Shown here: positions 43,047-53,542 of the stretch, piece by piece
How positions within the stretch are numbered: position 1 is the stretch's first letter
Layout of the letters: each line of letters starts with the position of its first letter
Source of the DNA: a bacterium
Lineage (GTDB): Bacteria > Electryoneota > Electryoneia > Electryoneales > Electryoneaceae
Assembly (NCBI GenBank): GCA_963669175.1
Contig: OY769902.1
Location: 2,688,001-2,752,000 of the forward strand
Length of the DNA stretch: 64,000 nt
Reading direction: 5' to 3'
Notes under the pieces: model-generated
Database searches by the model: none
What the model was told of the DNA's origin: nothing
Seen by the model: the letters and a program-made list of their open reading frames with translations, nothing else
Made by a program: the position numbers and the translations under genes

Positions 43047-46000
43047 ATGATGATGCTACAGTTGCGGCAACACTTTTCGATTCGTTCAACCAGCACAAGA
43101 CCACTCCCTCTATTTGTTTTTCTTGTACTTGCCATGTTGTTTGTACTGCCTTTGGGAGCATTCGGCCAATATTTCGGTCAGAACAAAGTCAACTATAATA
43201 TGCACGAATGGTACTATCTAAGGACTGAACATTTCGATATTTACCACCCGAAAGACGAGTATGAACTGGCCAAGTTCACTGCATGGACGGCTGAACGCTC
43301 GCTTCAGGATATTCAGGAATCCTTTAACTGGCAACTGACATCACGGGTAATATTCATTGTTTACCCGAATCATAACGAGTTTCAGCAGACAAACGTAGGC
43401 GGCTTTATCGGTGAATCCACAGGTGGTTTTACCGAGTTTATGAAGAATCGCGTCGTTATTCCATTTGAAGGGAATTACGAGAAGTTCCGGCATGTGATCC
43501 ACCATGAGTTGACTCATGCTGTCATGCTGCGAATGTTGTATGGAGAAGGTTTGCAGAGCATCATCACCGGCATCAGCCGGATGCCGATCCCGTTATGGTT
43601 CATTGAAGGTCTGGCTGAATATGAATCAAACTATGGCTGGGATACAGAATCAGACATGTATATACGTGATGCCATCATCAATGATTACCTGATGCCGATT
43701 GAACATTTGCAAGGGTATTTCATTTATAAGGGCGGACAATCTGTATTGTGGTATATCGCACAACGATATGGCGACGAGAAAATTGGAGAGCTTCTGCATA
43801 AAATTCGTTCAAGCCGTGATCCACTCCGAGCATTCAAGAATACACTCGGGGTTGATTTGGAGGAATTGAGCAAACGCTGGCAACGTCATCTGAAACGCGA
43901 AATCTGGCCGACATCTGCCGAATATGAAAATCCGGATGATTTTGCCGAACGTATAACAGATCACGAAGAATGGTACAATTTTGTGAATACGTCACCGGCT
44001 TTATCACCCAAGGGTGACAAACTGGTATTTCTCTCCGACAAGGATGATTATTACAGTATTTACCTGATGTCAACGGTGACAGGTAACATTGAGCGCAGGC
44101 TGGTTCGTGGTTCAAAGTTTGACCTGTTTGAAAAGCTGTTATGGATACGTCCCTGGATTGACTGGTCGCCGGATGGACGTCAAATCGTATTTGTTGCGGA
44201 ATCCGGCGCAGAAGATGCACTCTATACAATAAACGTAAAATCCGGGAAGGTGACTGAAGAAATCAAACTGGGCATGGATGGAGTGTATAGTCCGAAATGG
44301 TCACCGGATGGAAAGAAGATTCTCTTTGCCGGGTTTACCGGTGGTCAGAGTGATATCTATACCTACGATCTGACCGACGGCACCACGACGCAATTAACCG
44401 ATGATATTTTCAGTGATTTTGATCCGGCCTGGTCGATGGATGGACAAAAAGTGTTGTTCATTTCAGATCGTCTTGAATTTGTGACTCAGCCTGAAGACGG
44501 TTTTGAGATGTATAACCATGCCTATCATTACAGCAATGTGTACATGCTTGATGCTAAAAGCGGTGTAGTTGAACGTATCACTGAAGGCTTTTTCAATGAC
44601 CGTACACCGTCGTTCACCCCTGCGCAGGATACCATCAGTTTCGTATCGGACCGGAACGGTATTCAGAATCTGTATTTGATGGACCTGAACACACGCGAAT
44701 ACTGGGCTGTGAGTGATATTCTTACCGGCATCACGCAACCAAGCTGGTCACGGGAGGGGACAGTTGCGTTTTCCTGTTTCTTCAATGCCGGCTATGATGT
44801 ATACCTGTACAAGAATCCGTTTGCTCCTGAAAGACGCAAAGATCTGAAGCCGACGGCCTACATGCACATGATGGCAGATCGTTATCAGGAACGTACTGGT
44901 GATTCCCTGCGAGCAGATGTGTCCATGTCATTCCCGCTAGAATGGCTGCAAGTCGATCCTGCATTTCAGGGTGGTGATCCCAGTGTTGCCGATTCCATTG
45001 AAAACATCACGACTTTAAAAGTTCCGGTAGAATATTTCGATATTCTGGGACAAGTAGCAGGTGACAGTATAACCGTAGAAAACGATGACGATTCTACCAC
45101 CATCATCATCAAACGTCCAGAAAGAGTTGATCTGGAGAATGGCGTATTGGCCCTGAAGGATACGCTGGATGCTGATGTTATTCAGCGATTGGAAACCACG
45201 ACCAGATACATAGTGACTGAAATTGATACTGCCACAGTATCTTTGAACGATCATGATTCCACGGACACCGGTGAAGAAATTACGGAGAATCGTGGCGCTG
45301 GCGGGGTGAGACTGGTGCCGGATAATCGTCCTGGTGAAGTGAAAGCCATGGAAAGTTCACCGTTTACACATTATGTCTTCCGTCCCTACTACGATGATAA
45401 TAATGATGAGCCCGTTGACAGCCTGCAAGAGAAGGAAGAAGAAACCGGGCCCATGATGACGGAAGATGGAGAATTTGTTCAGAATAAATATAAACTCAAA
45501 TTCTCCCCCGATGTTGTCAATGCGACTGCCGGTTATGATACATACTTCGGTTTGCAGGGGATGGGGCAGATCATGTTCAGTGACGTGCTGGGCAACCACA
45601 TCATGTACCTTGTAACTGACATGTATTACAGCTTCGAGAATTCCAACTTTGCTTTCTACTACTATTACCTGCCAAACCGTTGGGATATCGGCGGCGGTGT
45701 TTTCCACAATGTCTATTTCTTCAACTATGGGGATATTCGCGACCGGAACTATGGTTTCTCCCTTGATGCGATCTATCCTTTTGATAAATATAGACGTGTC
45801 GATTTCTCCATGTCGTATGTCAACATTGAACGCGATTTGTGGAACTGGGATCTTTACGACTACGAGCATACACAATCCCAGCATTTTATCCTTCCATCGA
45901 TTGCCTATGTTTCAGATAATACCCTGTGGGGGTGGACCGGTCCGATGAACGGGCATCGTTATCGAGTCGGTTTCTCCTATAGTCCGAAACTGGCTGAGGA

Positions 46001-46616
46001 TACCAAGTGGGGACTGGATTTTAAAACGATTTCCTTTGATGCACGAAAATACTGGCACCTTGGCCTGGATTACGTTCTCACGACACGCATAGCCGGCGCT
46101 GCAAGCTACGGCCAGAATCCGCAACGGTTCTTCCTTGGTGGTGTGCCGAACTGGATCAACCGTCGGTTTGAGGGGGGGGATATCCGGGTAGACCTGAATG
46201 ATGTCTATTTCTCGTCATTCGCAACCCCACTCAGAGGCGCTGATTATTATGAAAAGGATGGGAACCGTTACCTGTTGCTTAACCAGGAATTCCGCTTCCC
46301 GCTTATTCGGCAAATGCTGTTTGGTTGGCCACTTCCATTATTCTTCTACAACATTCGAGGCGCGGTTTTCTTTGACGCCGGAGCGGCATGGTATGGCCCC
46401 GGCTCGGCGCCCGATGGACAACCGGAAGGGTTCAAGATGTTCCACAAACCTTATCCCTATCAAGGTGATTATTTCCGGGATGTTGCCGTAGGGTATGGTT
46501 GGGGGGCACGTGTCGATCTTGGGATATTCCTGCTAAAGTGGGATATGGCTTGGGAAAATACCTGGCATTCAGTATCGAAACCCAAGTTCTACGTTTCCCT
46601 GGGAACAGACCTGTAA
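43047..46616 (+). CDS. Peptidase MA-like + PD40/TolB propeller + Omp85 barrel protein
   Basis: FGQNKV, HELTH...WFIEGLAEY, repeated WSPDG and LRGADY; C-terminal beta strands. Confidence 0.85.
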   Translation: MMMLQLRQHFSIRSTSTRPLPLFVFLVLAMLFVLPLGAFGQYFGQNKVNYNMHEWYYLRTEHFDIYHPKDEYELAKFTAWTAERSLQDIQESFNWQLTSRVIFIVYPNHNEFQQTNVGGFIGESTGGFTEFMKNRVVIPFEGNYEKFRHVIHHELTHAVMLRMLYGEGLQSIITGISRMPIPLWFIEGLAEYESNYGWDTESDMYIRDAIINDYLMPIEHLQGYFIYKGGQSVLWYIAQRYGDEKIGELLHKIRSSRDPLRAFKNTLGVDLEELSKRWQRHLKREIWPTSAEYENPDDFAERITDHEEWYNFVNTSPALSPKGDKLVFLSDKDDYYSIYLMSTVTGNIERRLVRGSKFDLFEKLLWIRPWIDWSPDGRQIVFVAESGAEDALYTINVKSGKVTEEIKLGMDGVYSPKWSPDGKKILFAGFTGGQSDIYTYDLTDGTTTQLTDDIFSDFDPAWSMDGQKVLFISDRLEFVTQPEDGFEMYNHAYHYSNVYMLDAKSGVVERITEGFFNDRTPSFTPAQDTISFVSDRNGIQNLYLMDLNTREYWAVSDILTGITQPSWSREGTVAFSCFFNAGYDVYLYKNPFAPERRKDLKPTAYMHMMADRYQERTGDSLRADVSMSFPLEWLQVDPAFQGGDPSVADSIENITTLKVPVEYFDILGQVAGDSITVENDDDSTTIIIKRPERVDLENGVLALKDTLDADVIQRLETTTRYIVTEIDTATVSLNDHDSTDTGEEITENRGAGGVRLVPDNRPGEVKAMESSPFTHYVFRPYYDDNNDEPVDSLQEKEEETGPMMTEDGEFVQNKYKLKFSPDVVNATAGYDTYFGLQGMGQIMFSDVLGNHIMYLVTDMYYSFENSNFAFYYYYLPNRWDIGGGVFHNVYFFNYGDIRDRNYGFSLDAIYPFDKYRRVDFSMSYVNIERDLWNWDLYDYEHTQSQHFILPSIAYVSDNTLWGWTGPMNGHRYRVGFSYSPKLAEDTKWGLDFKTISFDARKYWHLGLDYVLTTRIAGAASYGQNPQRFFLGGVPNWINRRFEGGDIRVDLNDVYFSSFATPLRGADYYEKDGNRYLLLNQEFRFPLIRQMLFGWPLPLFFYNIRGAVFFDAGAAWYGPGSAPDGQPEGFKMFHKPYPYQGDYFRDVAVGYGWGARVDLGIFLLKWDMAWENTWHSVSKPKFYVSLGTDL

Positions 46617-46640
46617 AAACTGAATTCGAGCATGCAATGC

Positions 46641-46670
46641 GGCCGATTCATGTGAGAATCGGCCTTTTTT
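46641..46670 (+). terminator. Rho-independent terminator
   Basis: GGCCGATTC-ATGTGA-GAATCGGCC followed by T6. Confidence 0.8.
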
Positions 46671-46827
46671 ATCTCTTCGTCTACAATTGTACAATGAATG
46701 TCTTCCATATCTCCTGTCATACTTGTATTTTTAATGTAAAATCTTTCACAAGCTTGCACCAAATAAAATTTAAGTGTACACTAATGGATCAGGGAAGTGG
46801 ACAACCTATTCAACAAGGAGATAGACC

Positions 46828-48573
46828 ATGAAGATGGGAAAGTGGTTAACACTTTTGTTGGCATTTTTGATGCTTTTTACACTGGGCACATTCGTCGGGT
46901 GTGAGGATTCGGAAGATGACGATGATGACGATGGCAGCAATTCAGTCCTGGTTGGCTCCTGGTATCGTTATTCGTTTATGGCAGGATCCACAAATGTCTT
47001 TTTTCAAGCCAAGACAGTAATTAATTCCAATGGCTCAGGAACTACATATACTTATGATCTTGTAGATGGTGACGTCATACCATCTACTGATTATTTCACA
47101 TGGACGGACAATGATAATGTAATGACCATCTATAATGAGGACGGGGATGTTGAATTCTCCGGCAGCTTTACTTCCACTTCAGGCGGCACGGTCATTACGA
47201 CTACGTATCAGGAAGATGGCATTTCCATGGCTGAAACGTCTGTTCGGGAATGTACTGGTCATGAAGCGGGAATGGTCGGAACCTGGCAGGGAGTGACGTA
47301 CACCCTCAACGGACAGGCAGAGTCGATTGCCAACTGGGAATTCACGTTTAACGAGGATGGCACCTACACATTTACAGGATGGGGCGAAACGGATGCTGGC
47401 GAGTGGGCAACCGATGGCGCCTATTTCCTGGGTGTAAGCGATGATGATCCGATGGGACGTGGCTATGGGCTTTACCAGTACACCCTTTCCAATAATGATA
47501 GCACAGTAACCCTGACAGGATATGAGGGTGAGATAGATGAAGATTCCGGCTATCCCGAATCCTATGCTGTTCAACTTGTTTTTACAAAGGGAACCGGCGG
47601 TGGTGTTGTCGTGGATACGGATCTGGTCGGAACCTGGCATACATACTCATATGATCTGTATGATGGAAGCACGAACACGCGCCTTAACATACCCACAAAG
47701 GAAGTCCTTAGTGATGATGGCACGGGTGTTCGCGTGACTATTGATGACGGGAATCTGGAAACTGAGAATTTCACCTGGACCGCGAATAATAATTCCATTA
47801 CGGTTTATGATTCAGATGGGAATGTAGAATTCTCCGGCACTTACCAGATCAGTAACAACGTCGTTACAACTTCCTTTGAAGATGAGTGGACAGACGGTGA
47901 AACGTACACGATTACCGTTACGAGTGTTAAGGAAACTGGTGATATCGACGTAAATGTACCGGGTGATTATGTACCGAGCACCTACAAAATCGATGATGTG
48001 CTATACTACTATGAAGAATACGTTGTGTTTAATGATGACGGGACCGGTTCTTCGACCTATATCGATGGTGATACCGGCGTTAGTCAGGATGTGACCTGGT
48101 CCACCAACGGTTTGTACATGATTCTGTATACGGAAGACCTGCAAGGTTTGGCGTATGTGCTTCAATACGACTGGTATACGGATGGCTTGCTGGACATTAA
48201 CTACTATTATGAGGATGCACGGGTAACGTCGCAGTACGTTGAGAACACTGGCGAACTCGATACTAGACTGGTAGGATCATGGTATCTTACAGCTCGCACG
48301 ATCAATAATGAGGATGATCCGGATATGCCGGATGATGCAACTTTTATACTGGATGCAGATGGAAATGCAACCGGTGAATGGGATGGCGAAACCTACGCCT
48401 TCACCATGACGACCAACGAAGGCTGGATGCTGCAGTTCCCAACCGAGTATGATGTGACTGTTGGTACAGCATACAGCTATACCGTCAGTGGGGACGCCTT
48501 GGTCGTGCACTACAGAGAAGAAGACGGCGCTGATGGATCGTATATTGTCGAAAGTTGGGCCAGGCTGCAATAG
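46828..48573 (+). CDS. Acidic lipoprotein with about five lipocalin-like (LVGxW) modules
   Basis: FVGC lipobox; LVGSW, MVGTW, LVGTW, VPGDY and LVGSW at roughly 110-aa spacing. Confidence 0.8.
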   Translation: MKMGKWLTLLLAFLMLFTLGTFVGCEDSEDDDDDDGSNSVLVGSWYRYSFMAGSTNVFFQAKTVINSNGSGTTYTYDLVDGDVIPSTDYFTWTDNDNVMTIYNEDGDVEFSGSFTSTSGGTVITTTYQEDGISMAETSVRECTGHEAGMVGTWQGVTYTLNGQAESIANWEFTFNEDGTYTFTGWGETDAGEWATDGAYFLGVSDDDPMGRGYGLYQYTLSNNDSTVTLTGYEGEIDEDSGYPESYAVQLVFTKGTGGGVVVDTDLVGTWHTYSYDLYDGSTNTRLNIPTKEVLSDDGTGVRVTIDDGNLETENFTWTANNNSITVYDSDGNVEFSGTYQISNNVVTTSFEDEWTDGETYTITVTSVKETGDIDVNVPGDYVPSTYKIDDVLYYYEEYVVFNDDGTGSSTYIDGDTGVSQDVTWSTNGLYMILYTEDLQGLAYVLQYDWYTDGLLDINYYYEDARVTSQYVENTGELDTRLVGSWYLTARTINNEDDPDMPDDATFILDADGNATGEWDGETYAFTMTTNEGWMLQFPTEYDVTVGTAYSYTVSGDALVVHYREEDGADGSYIVESWARLQ

Positions 48574-48594
48574 CAGGAATATCGTCAACATTTC

Positions 48595-48626
48595 AACCGG
48601 ATCTCGGCAACGGGATCCGGTTTTTT
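48595..48626 (+). terminator. Rho-independent terminator
   Basis: AACCGGATCTCG...CGGGATCCGG followed by T6. Confidence 0.8.
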
Positions 48627-48895
48627 CATGAGTCCGGACCTGTTCATTTTTATACAGTTGTAAGAAATGGACCGATAGAAGAATTGAGCCGGATTAGAAT
48701 GGGCATCAGCACAACGACGTATCGAGTAGATAAACTCGATATGCTTTTTACTGGCTGCTTCCGATATTGTGCAGCACGGTCTCCATTTACGGAATGATGA
48801 TTATACAGTATTGTTTCTGTAGCAATTGTGTTGCAATCGGGGTAAGATAGCGGTAAAATATACTACATTACGTGAGACTAGTCAGGGAAATAGAC

Positions 48896-50626
48896 ATGAA
48901 GACGACGTGTTTCGCAGGACTGCTGGCGCTGTTAATGATATTCGCAATGTGTGCATTCATCGGATGCGATAATTCAGAGCAAAAGGAAGAAAACGCTTCC
49001 ATTTTGATTGGCACCTGGTATCGTTATTCGCTGAAGGCAGGACCGACCGACCTTTTTGTACCTTCCAAAGTTGTGATGCATGTAGATGGAACCGGCATCA
49101 ATTACACAACAGAAGTACAGGACGGGTTGCCTGTTGACGCTACCAACGAATTTACCTGGGCAGATGATAATGGTACCATGAGTATCTATGGGACCAATGG
49201 AGAACTGCAATATTCTGGCCCCTATTCTTTAAACGAGGATAGTACTTTAATTACAACAATTTATGAGGTAGACAGTTTGGATGTAACGGAAGTGTCCGTA
49301 AAATACTATATCGAGCATGATGAGGCATTGGTGGGGGACTGGTACGGTCTTTCCATTTCACGTGATGGGCAGGAAAATCCAATTCATGGTTGGGAATTTT
49401 CTTTTTCCATCGGCGGTAGCTACTCCTTTGCCGGATGGGGAACTGAGGATACCGGTATATGGGGAACCAATGGTACCCATTTCATGACGATAAGCAACTC
49501 AGATATCAAGGGACGGGATTACTGTCTGTATCGCTATTATCTATCCAACCATGACAGCCTTCTGACGTTTTACGGGTTTGAAGCGGATTGGGATACCGAT
49601 AGCGAAGATCCGACTGTTTACCAGGTGGCGATGGTTTTAACCAAGGGAGCGGGCACGGAGATTGAAATTGATCCGAACCTGGTAGGCGTCTGGTATACGT
49701 TGCATTATGACCTGTTTGACGGTAACACTACAAAGAGATTAAATATCCCAACCAGGCAGATGATGTACAATGATGGCACCGGGATTCGGGAATATTATGA
49801 AGGAGGGACTCTGATTTCGGAAATGTTTGCCTGGGAAGCAGCCAACAACGCCTTGACAGAATATGATACCGATGGACAGATCAGTTATTCTGCGCCGTAT
49901 TACATTGTCGATAATTCGTTTTCCCTGACTTATAATCGGGAGTGGATGGATGGTGAAGACTACACCATGACAATTCTGAGTATTCGAGAATCTGAAGAGA
50001 CTGATGCTTCGCTTGCCGGAGAGTATCTACCGCTTGCTAAAACAGTCAATGGAGTTATTATAGACAGCCAGGAAATAACCCTTATTCATGAGGATGGATC
50101 CGGTTCTTCCGCAAGATTGGAAGGTGGCGCAGTAACAACCGAAGAGTTTACCTGGACCACTGGTGGGGACTATCTGTTCCTGTACAGGGAAGAGATGAAC
50201 GGTCTTGCATGCGTTATGGGATATAATTTTGACGATACTGATGTACTCGACTTCTTCTATTATGATGATATTGATCATATAAACCTGCGCTATATCAGGA
50301 ATACAGGATCATTTGATTCCAGCCTTATCGGTGAATGGAGCCTGACTAACCGGTTGTTGAATGGCGATGAAGATCCTGACGTGCCTGATAGTGCAACACT
50401 TTCTATTTATGGAGACGCAACCGGTTCAAAACTTTGGGGCAGTGCAGAAACTGCATTTTCCCTGAATACGAATTTGCACTGGTTGCTTCAATACGTTGAA
50501 ATCGATGGTGTTCTTGTGGGCAGAGTTTGCGATTACACGGTGAATGAGAACATCCTGGTTCTGGATTATCTGCAGGAAGATGGTACGGCCGGTACAGAAG
50601 TGAGTGAGACTTGGACCAGGCAGTGA
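48896..50626 (+). CDS. Paralogous LVGxW-repeat lipoprotein
   Basis: FIGC lipobox; colinear similarity with 46828-48573 (WYRYS, RLNIPT, LTKG.G). Confidence 0.8.
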   Translation: MKTTCFAGLLALLMIFAMCAFIGCDNSEQKEENASILIGTWYRYSLKAGPTDLFVPSKVVMHVDGTGINYTTEVQDGLPVDATNEFTWADDNGTMSIYGTNGELQYSGPYSLNEDSTLITTIYEVDSLDVTEVSVKYYIEHDEALVGDWYGLSISRDGQENPIHGWEFSFSIGGSYSFAGWGTEDTGIWGTNGTHFMTISNSDIKGRDYCLYRYYLSNHDSLLTFYGFEADWDTDSEDPTVYQVAMVLTKGAGTEIEIDPNLVGVWYTLHYDLFDGNTTKRLNIPTRQMMYNDGTGIREYYEGGTLISEMFAWEAANNALTEYDTDGQISYSAPYYIVDNSFSLTYNREWMDGEDYTMTILSIRESEETDASLAGEYLPLAKTVNGVIIDSQEITLIHEDGSGSSARLEGGAVTTEEFTWTTGGDYLFLYREEMNGLACVMGYNFDDTDVLDFFYYDDIDHINLRYIRNTGSFDSSLIGEWSLTNRLLNGDEDPDVPDSATLSIYGDATGSKLWGSAETAFSLNTNLHWLLQYVEIDGVLVGRVCDYTVNENILVLDYLQEDGTAGTEVSETWTRQ

Positions 50627-50655
50627 CAGATTTTTAAGTCAGGTGTCTGCATTTT

Positions 50656-50903
50656 AATCCCGACAGGGATTTTCGAACACAGCACTGGGTCGTGCCGTCT
50701 TTTTGGCGACTACCTTGGGGGATGAGTCACGCCACATATTTACTCCGGTAGGAGTAACCTGACTATTATTAAGGGTATAAAGCACGAGTGTTTAGGCAAC
50801 CCGCTGCCGGGGTTGTGTAACGGGAGGGCGTTCAATTCCCACCGTGAGCGCCAAACAGACGGCGCTGGACGGTGGGCTAAAACAGGGAACCACTACCGTG
50901 GTT
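50656..50903. repeat. Multi-hairpin REP-like element
   Basis: Several short hairpins; GCCAAACAGACGGC loop and GCTAAAA.AGGGAA are shared with 59554-59855. Confidence 0.65.
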
Positions 50904-51020
50904 CTCCGATTTCGGCAATTTCTGCCCTTGTGATGATGTTGCTGATACTCCCTCGCCAAACGATTCTGGCACTTTTCAGCTCACTTCAGATCGAAACATC
51001 CTTTCCAACCATCGAAGACG

Positions 51021-51049
51021 AAAAAAGGGGACAACCGAAGTTGTCCCCC
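51021..51049 (-). terminator. Terminator of the citrate synthase gene
   Basis: A6 followed by GGGGACAAC-CGAA-GTTGTCCCC. Confidence 0.8.
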
Positions 51050-51073
51050 TGGAAGAAGCTGTTACTTTGTGTC

Positions 51074-52378
51074 TTACTTGCCGAAGGTATCCTTGATATA
51101 CTTGGAGCCAATGGATTTCGGACGGGTAATGGCTGTGCCGACGGCACGGTTCCAGATGAGCTGGGACAACATACCCATGGAACGGGACACGCTGAACAGC
51201 ACCGTGTAATACTGGAACTCACGCAAGCCGTAGTGATACAGCAGCGCGCCGGAACCGGCATCCACGTTCGGCCAGAAGTTCGCGATCGGGTTCTTGCCCT
51301 CGGCGACGCGTTCTGCGCTGAAGGCCTCGAGGACTTTCGGGACCACGGTGAAGACACGGTCGACAGTCATGAAGACCGGATCGTCAGCCATCATCTTCTT
51401 ACCGAAGATGTTGAAGCCGGTGAAGCGCGGGTCAGTGACACGCAGTACGGCGTGACCGTAACCCGGGACTACCTTGCCGCCACGCAGGGTGTCGAACGCG
51501 AACTTTTCGATGTCTTCTTCTGTCGGGGTGCCGCCGAAGATGTCCATCAGTTCGAGAATCCAGTTCAGGCATTCCTGGTTGGCGAGGCCGTGCAACGGAC
51601 CGGCAAGACCGTTCAGACCGGCAGATACGGAATAATAGGGATCGGACAGGGCCGAGCCTACGGTATGGCAAGTGTTGGCGCTTACATTGCCACCTTCATG
51701 GTCGCAGTGGAAGTGCAGGTACAGACGCATCAGTTCCGCAAAGCCACCATCGGGATCCTTGAGGCCCAGCATGTTGGCGTAGTTGGCGCCCCAGTCGAGA
51801 CCCGGGGTCCAGGGAATGATGTCACCCTTCTTGTAGCGGATACGATAGACACCGGCTGCAATGGACGGCAACTTGGCCAGAATCTGGAGTGAATCTTCAA
51901 GGGTCGGCTTCCAATACTCGGTCTTGGCAGCGCCCTTGTTGTACCATTCCACAAATGCAGATTCTTTCTGCATGACGAGAATGGCGGTGTCAAGCATGGC
52001 CATCGGGTGGCTGTCTTCCGGCATGGCATACAGCACATCCCAGACATAACCCGGCACTTCGGCACGCTTGTCGTATTCCCGCATCAGGTCGAGCTTCGCT
52101 GCTTCATCCGGCTTTTCACCGGTCAGCAACAGGTAAAATGTTTCTTCAGGCCATAAATCCATAATGTCCAGCAGGGGATAGCCCTGAATAATCAATCCCT
52201 TGTCAGGTTCCACCAGGCTGGTTTCACAAATCATGCCTTTTACACCACGCATGCCGCCATAAGCTTGTGCTACGGTGCAATCAGACAATTTTTCCGATCC
52301 ATAGTTCTTGATCATGTCGGCACGATTCTGACGCCACTGGGGGATGAGCTCTTCTAACTTACTGTACAGCTTGGACAT
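51074..52378 (-). CDS. gltA: Citrate (Si)-synthase, eukaryote-like type
   Basis: YGGMRG, DHEGGNVSA, GLNGLAGPLHGLANQE, VPGYGHAVLR.TDPRF, WPNVDA.SG. Confidence 0.93.
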   Translation of the reverse strand: MSKLYSKLEELIPQWRQNRADMIKNYGSEKLSDCTVAQAYGGMRGVKGMICETSLVEPDKGLIIQGYPLLDIMDLWPEETFYLLLTGEKPDEAAKLDLMREYDKRAEVPGYVWDVLYAMPEDSHPMAMLDTAILVMQKESAFVEWYNKGAAKTEYWKPTLEDSLQILAKLPSIAAGVYRIRYKKGDIIPWTPGLDWGANYANMLGLKDPDGGFAELMRLYLHFHCDHEGGNVSANTCHTVGSALSDPYYSVSAGLNGLAGPLHGLANQECLNWILELMDIFGGTPTEEDIEKFAFDTLRGGKVVPGYGHAVLRVTDPRFTGFNIFGKKMMADDPVFMTVDRVFTVVPKVLEAFSAERVAEGKNPIANFWPNVDAGSGALLYHYGLREFQYYTVLFSVSRSMGMLSQLIWNRAVGTAITRPKSIGSKYIKDTFGK

Positions 52379-52933
52379 GTTGTCCTCCCATGTTGTAAGG
52401 GATCCCGTTTTGGTATAAGACTACAACTACCCGTTTGCATCATATCGATAACCGCCAAAAAGACGGAGTATCGTGTATATCAAGTATTACCGATTATGTT
52501 CAACCTGTGTGTGGAACAGCGGTCCTCCTGAAGTTATGCCGGTAGCCAGTGCACGGGACCGTACCGCCCGCGCGGAAAGCTGCTGTGTGGGATTACACAA
52601 GCGACTCGTAAAATATTTCACATACCAGTCAGAGTCAAGTTCACCCTCCTCGCTGAGAAAATCAAGGAAAAGTGTGCTACTGATTGATATTTTTGATGAT
52701 AGGAATTTTACCAAATCGTGAATCTCATTTTTTTATTGAGAAAACAATCCCCGGGAGAAACGAGCCAGTTAGTGGATGTGAAAAAAAACATGCCTTTTCT
52801 ATTCCTGTCGCAGCCTGTTTCATGGGAAAGAATAGCACGGCTATTTTGCTACAGCCCGCTTTACTGTGTACCTTATATTTTCTGGTTGTTCGAACGTATC
52901 CCTGATGAGCACACGTCTACAAGGAAGCATACC

Positions 52934-53542
52934 ATGTCCGCAGGATTACCCCCAGCAGTAGTTGAATTGCAGAATGAACTGTCACGGTTGCCGTCAATCG
53001 GGAAAAAGTCGGCGCTGAGAATGGCTTTGCACCTGTTGAAGTCAGACAGAGAAGCAGCGGAACGTCTGGCACGCGCAATCATCGACGTCAAAGATAAAGT
53101 GCAGGTCTGCTCAATCTGCGGGTTCCTGTCTGATCGTGATCCCTGCCCGATTTGCACCGATGTTAAACGGGACAGTTCCCTTGTCTGTGTTGTGGAAGCG
53201 CCGGGGGATATCATCGCGCTTGAGAAAGGGTCCATTTTCCATGGCAAATACCATGTCCTGGGGGGAGCGCTGGCCCCGCTGGATGGGGTCGGCCCGGATG
53301 ACCTGCGTATCGAAGAATTGAAAGAACGTGTGGAGCAGGAAGGAATCACCGAAGCGATCATCGCCACCAATCCCACCCCGGAAGGTGAACAGACCGCGAT
53401 GTACCTGGCACGTGAGCTTCGTCCGATGGGAGTGAAGGTGTCACGTATCGCGCGTGGTATCCCGGTTGGCAGTGATCTGGAAAACGCTGATGACCTGACG
53501 CTGACTCGAGCCCTGGAGGGACGAATTCAATTTGATGATTGA
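52934..53542 (+). CDS. recR: Recombination mediator RecR
   Basis: LPSIGKKSALR, C4 Zn finger, YHVLGG, ATNPTPEGEQTA, RIARGIPVG; ATG at 52934. Confidence 0.96.
   Translation: MSAGLPPAVVELQNELSRLPSIGKKSALRMALHLLKSDREAAERLARAIIDVKDKVQVCSICGFLSDRDPCPICTDVKRDSSLVCVVEAPGDIIALEKGSIFHGKYHVLGGALAPLDGVGPDDLRIEELKERVEQEGITEAIIATNPTPEGEQTAMYLARELRPMGVKVSRIARGIPVGSDLENADDLTLTRALEGRIQFDD

Noticed and set aside
50813-51892. 359-aa plus-strand ORF, and similar antisense ORFs over accC, gcvPA and gyrA
   Set aside because: They overlap well-supported genes on the opposite strand and have no motifs.
52500-52600. SRP RNA or riboswitch between gltA and recR
   Set aside because: GC-rich and partly self-complementary, but no SRP GGAA-loop/AGCAG motif or recognisable aptamer. 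A covariance-model search would be needed.
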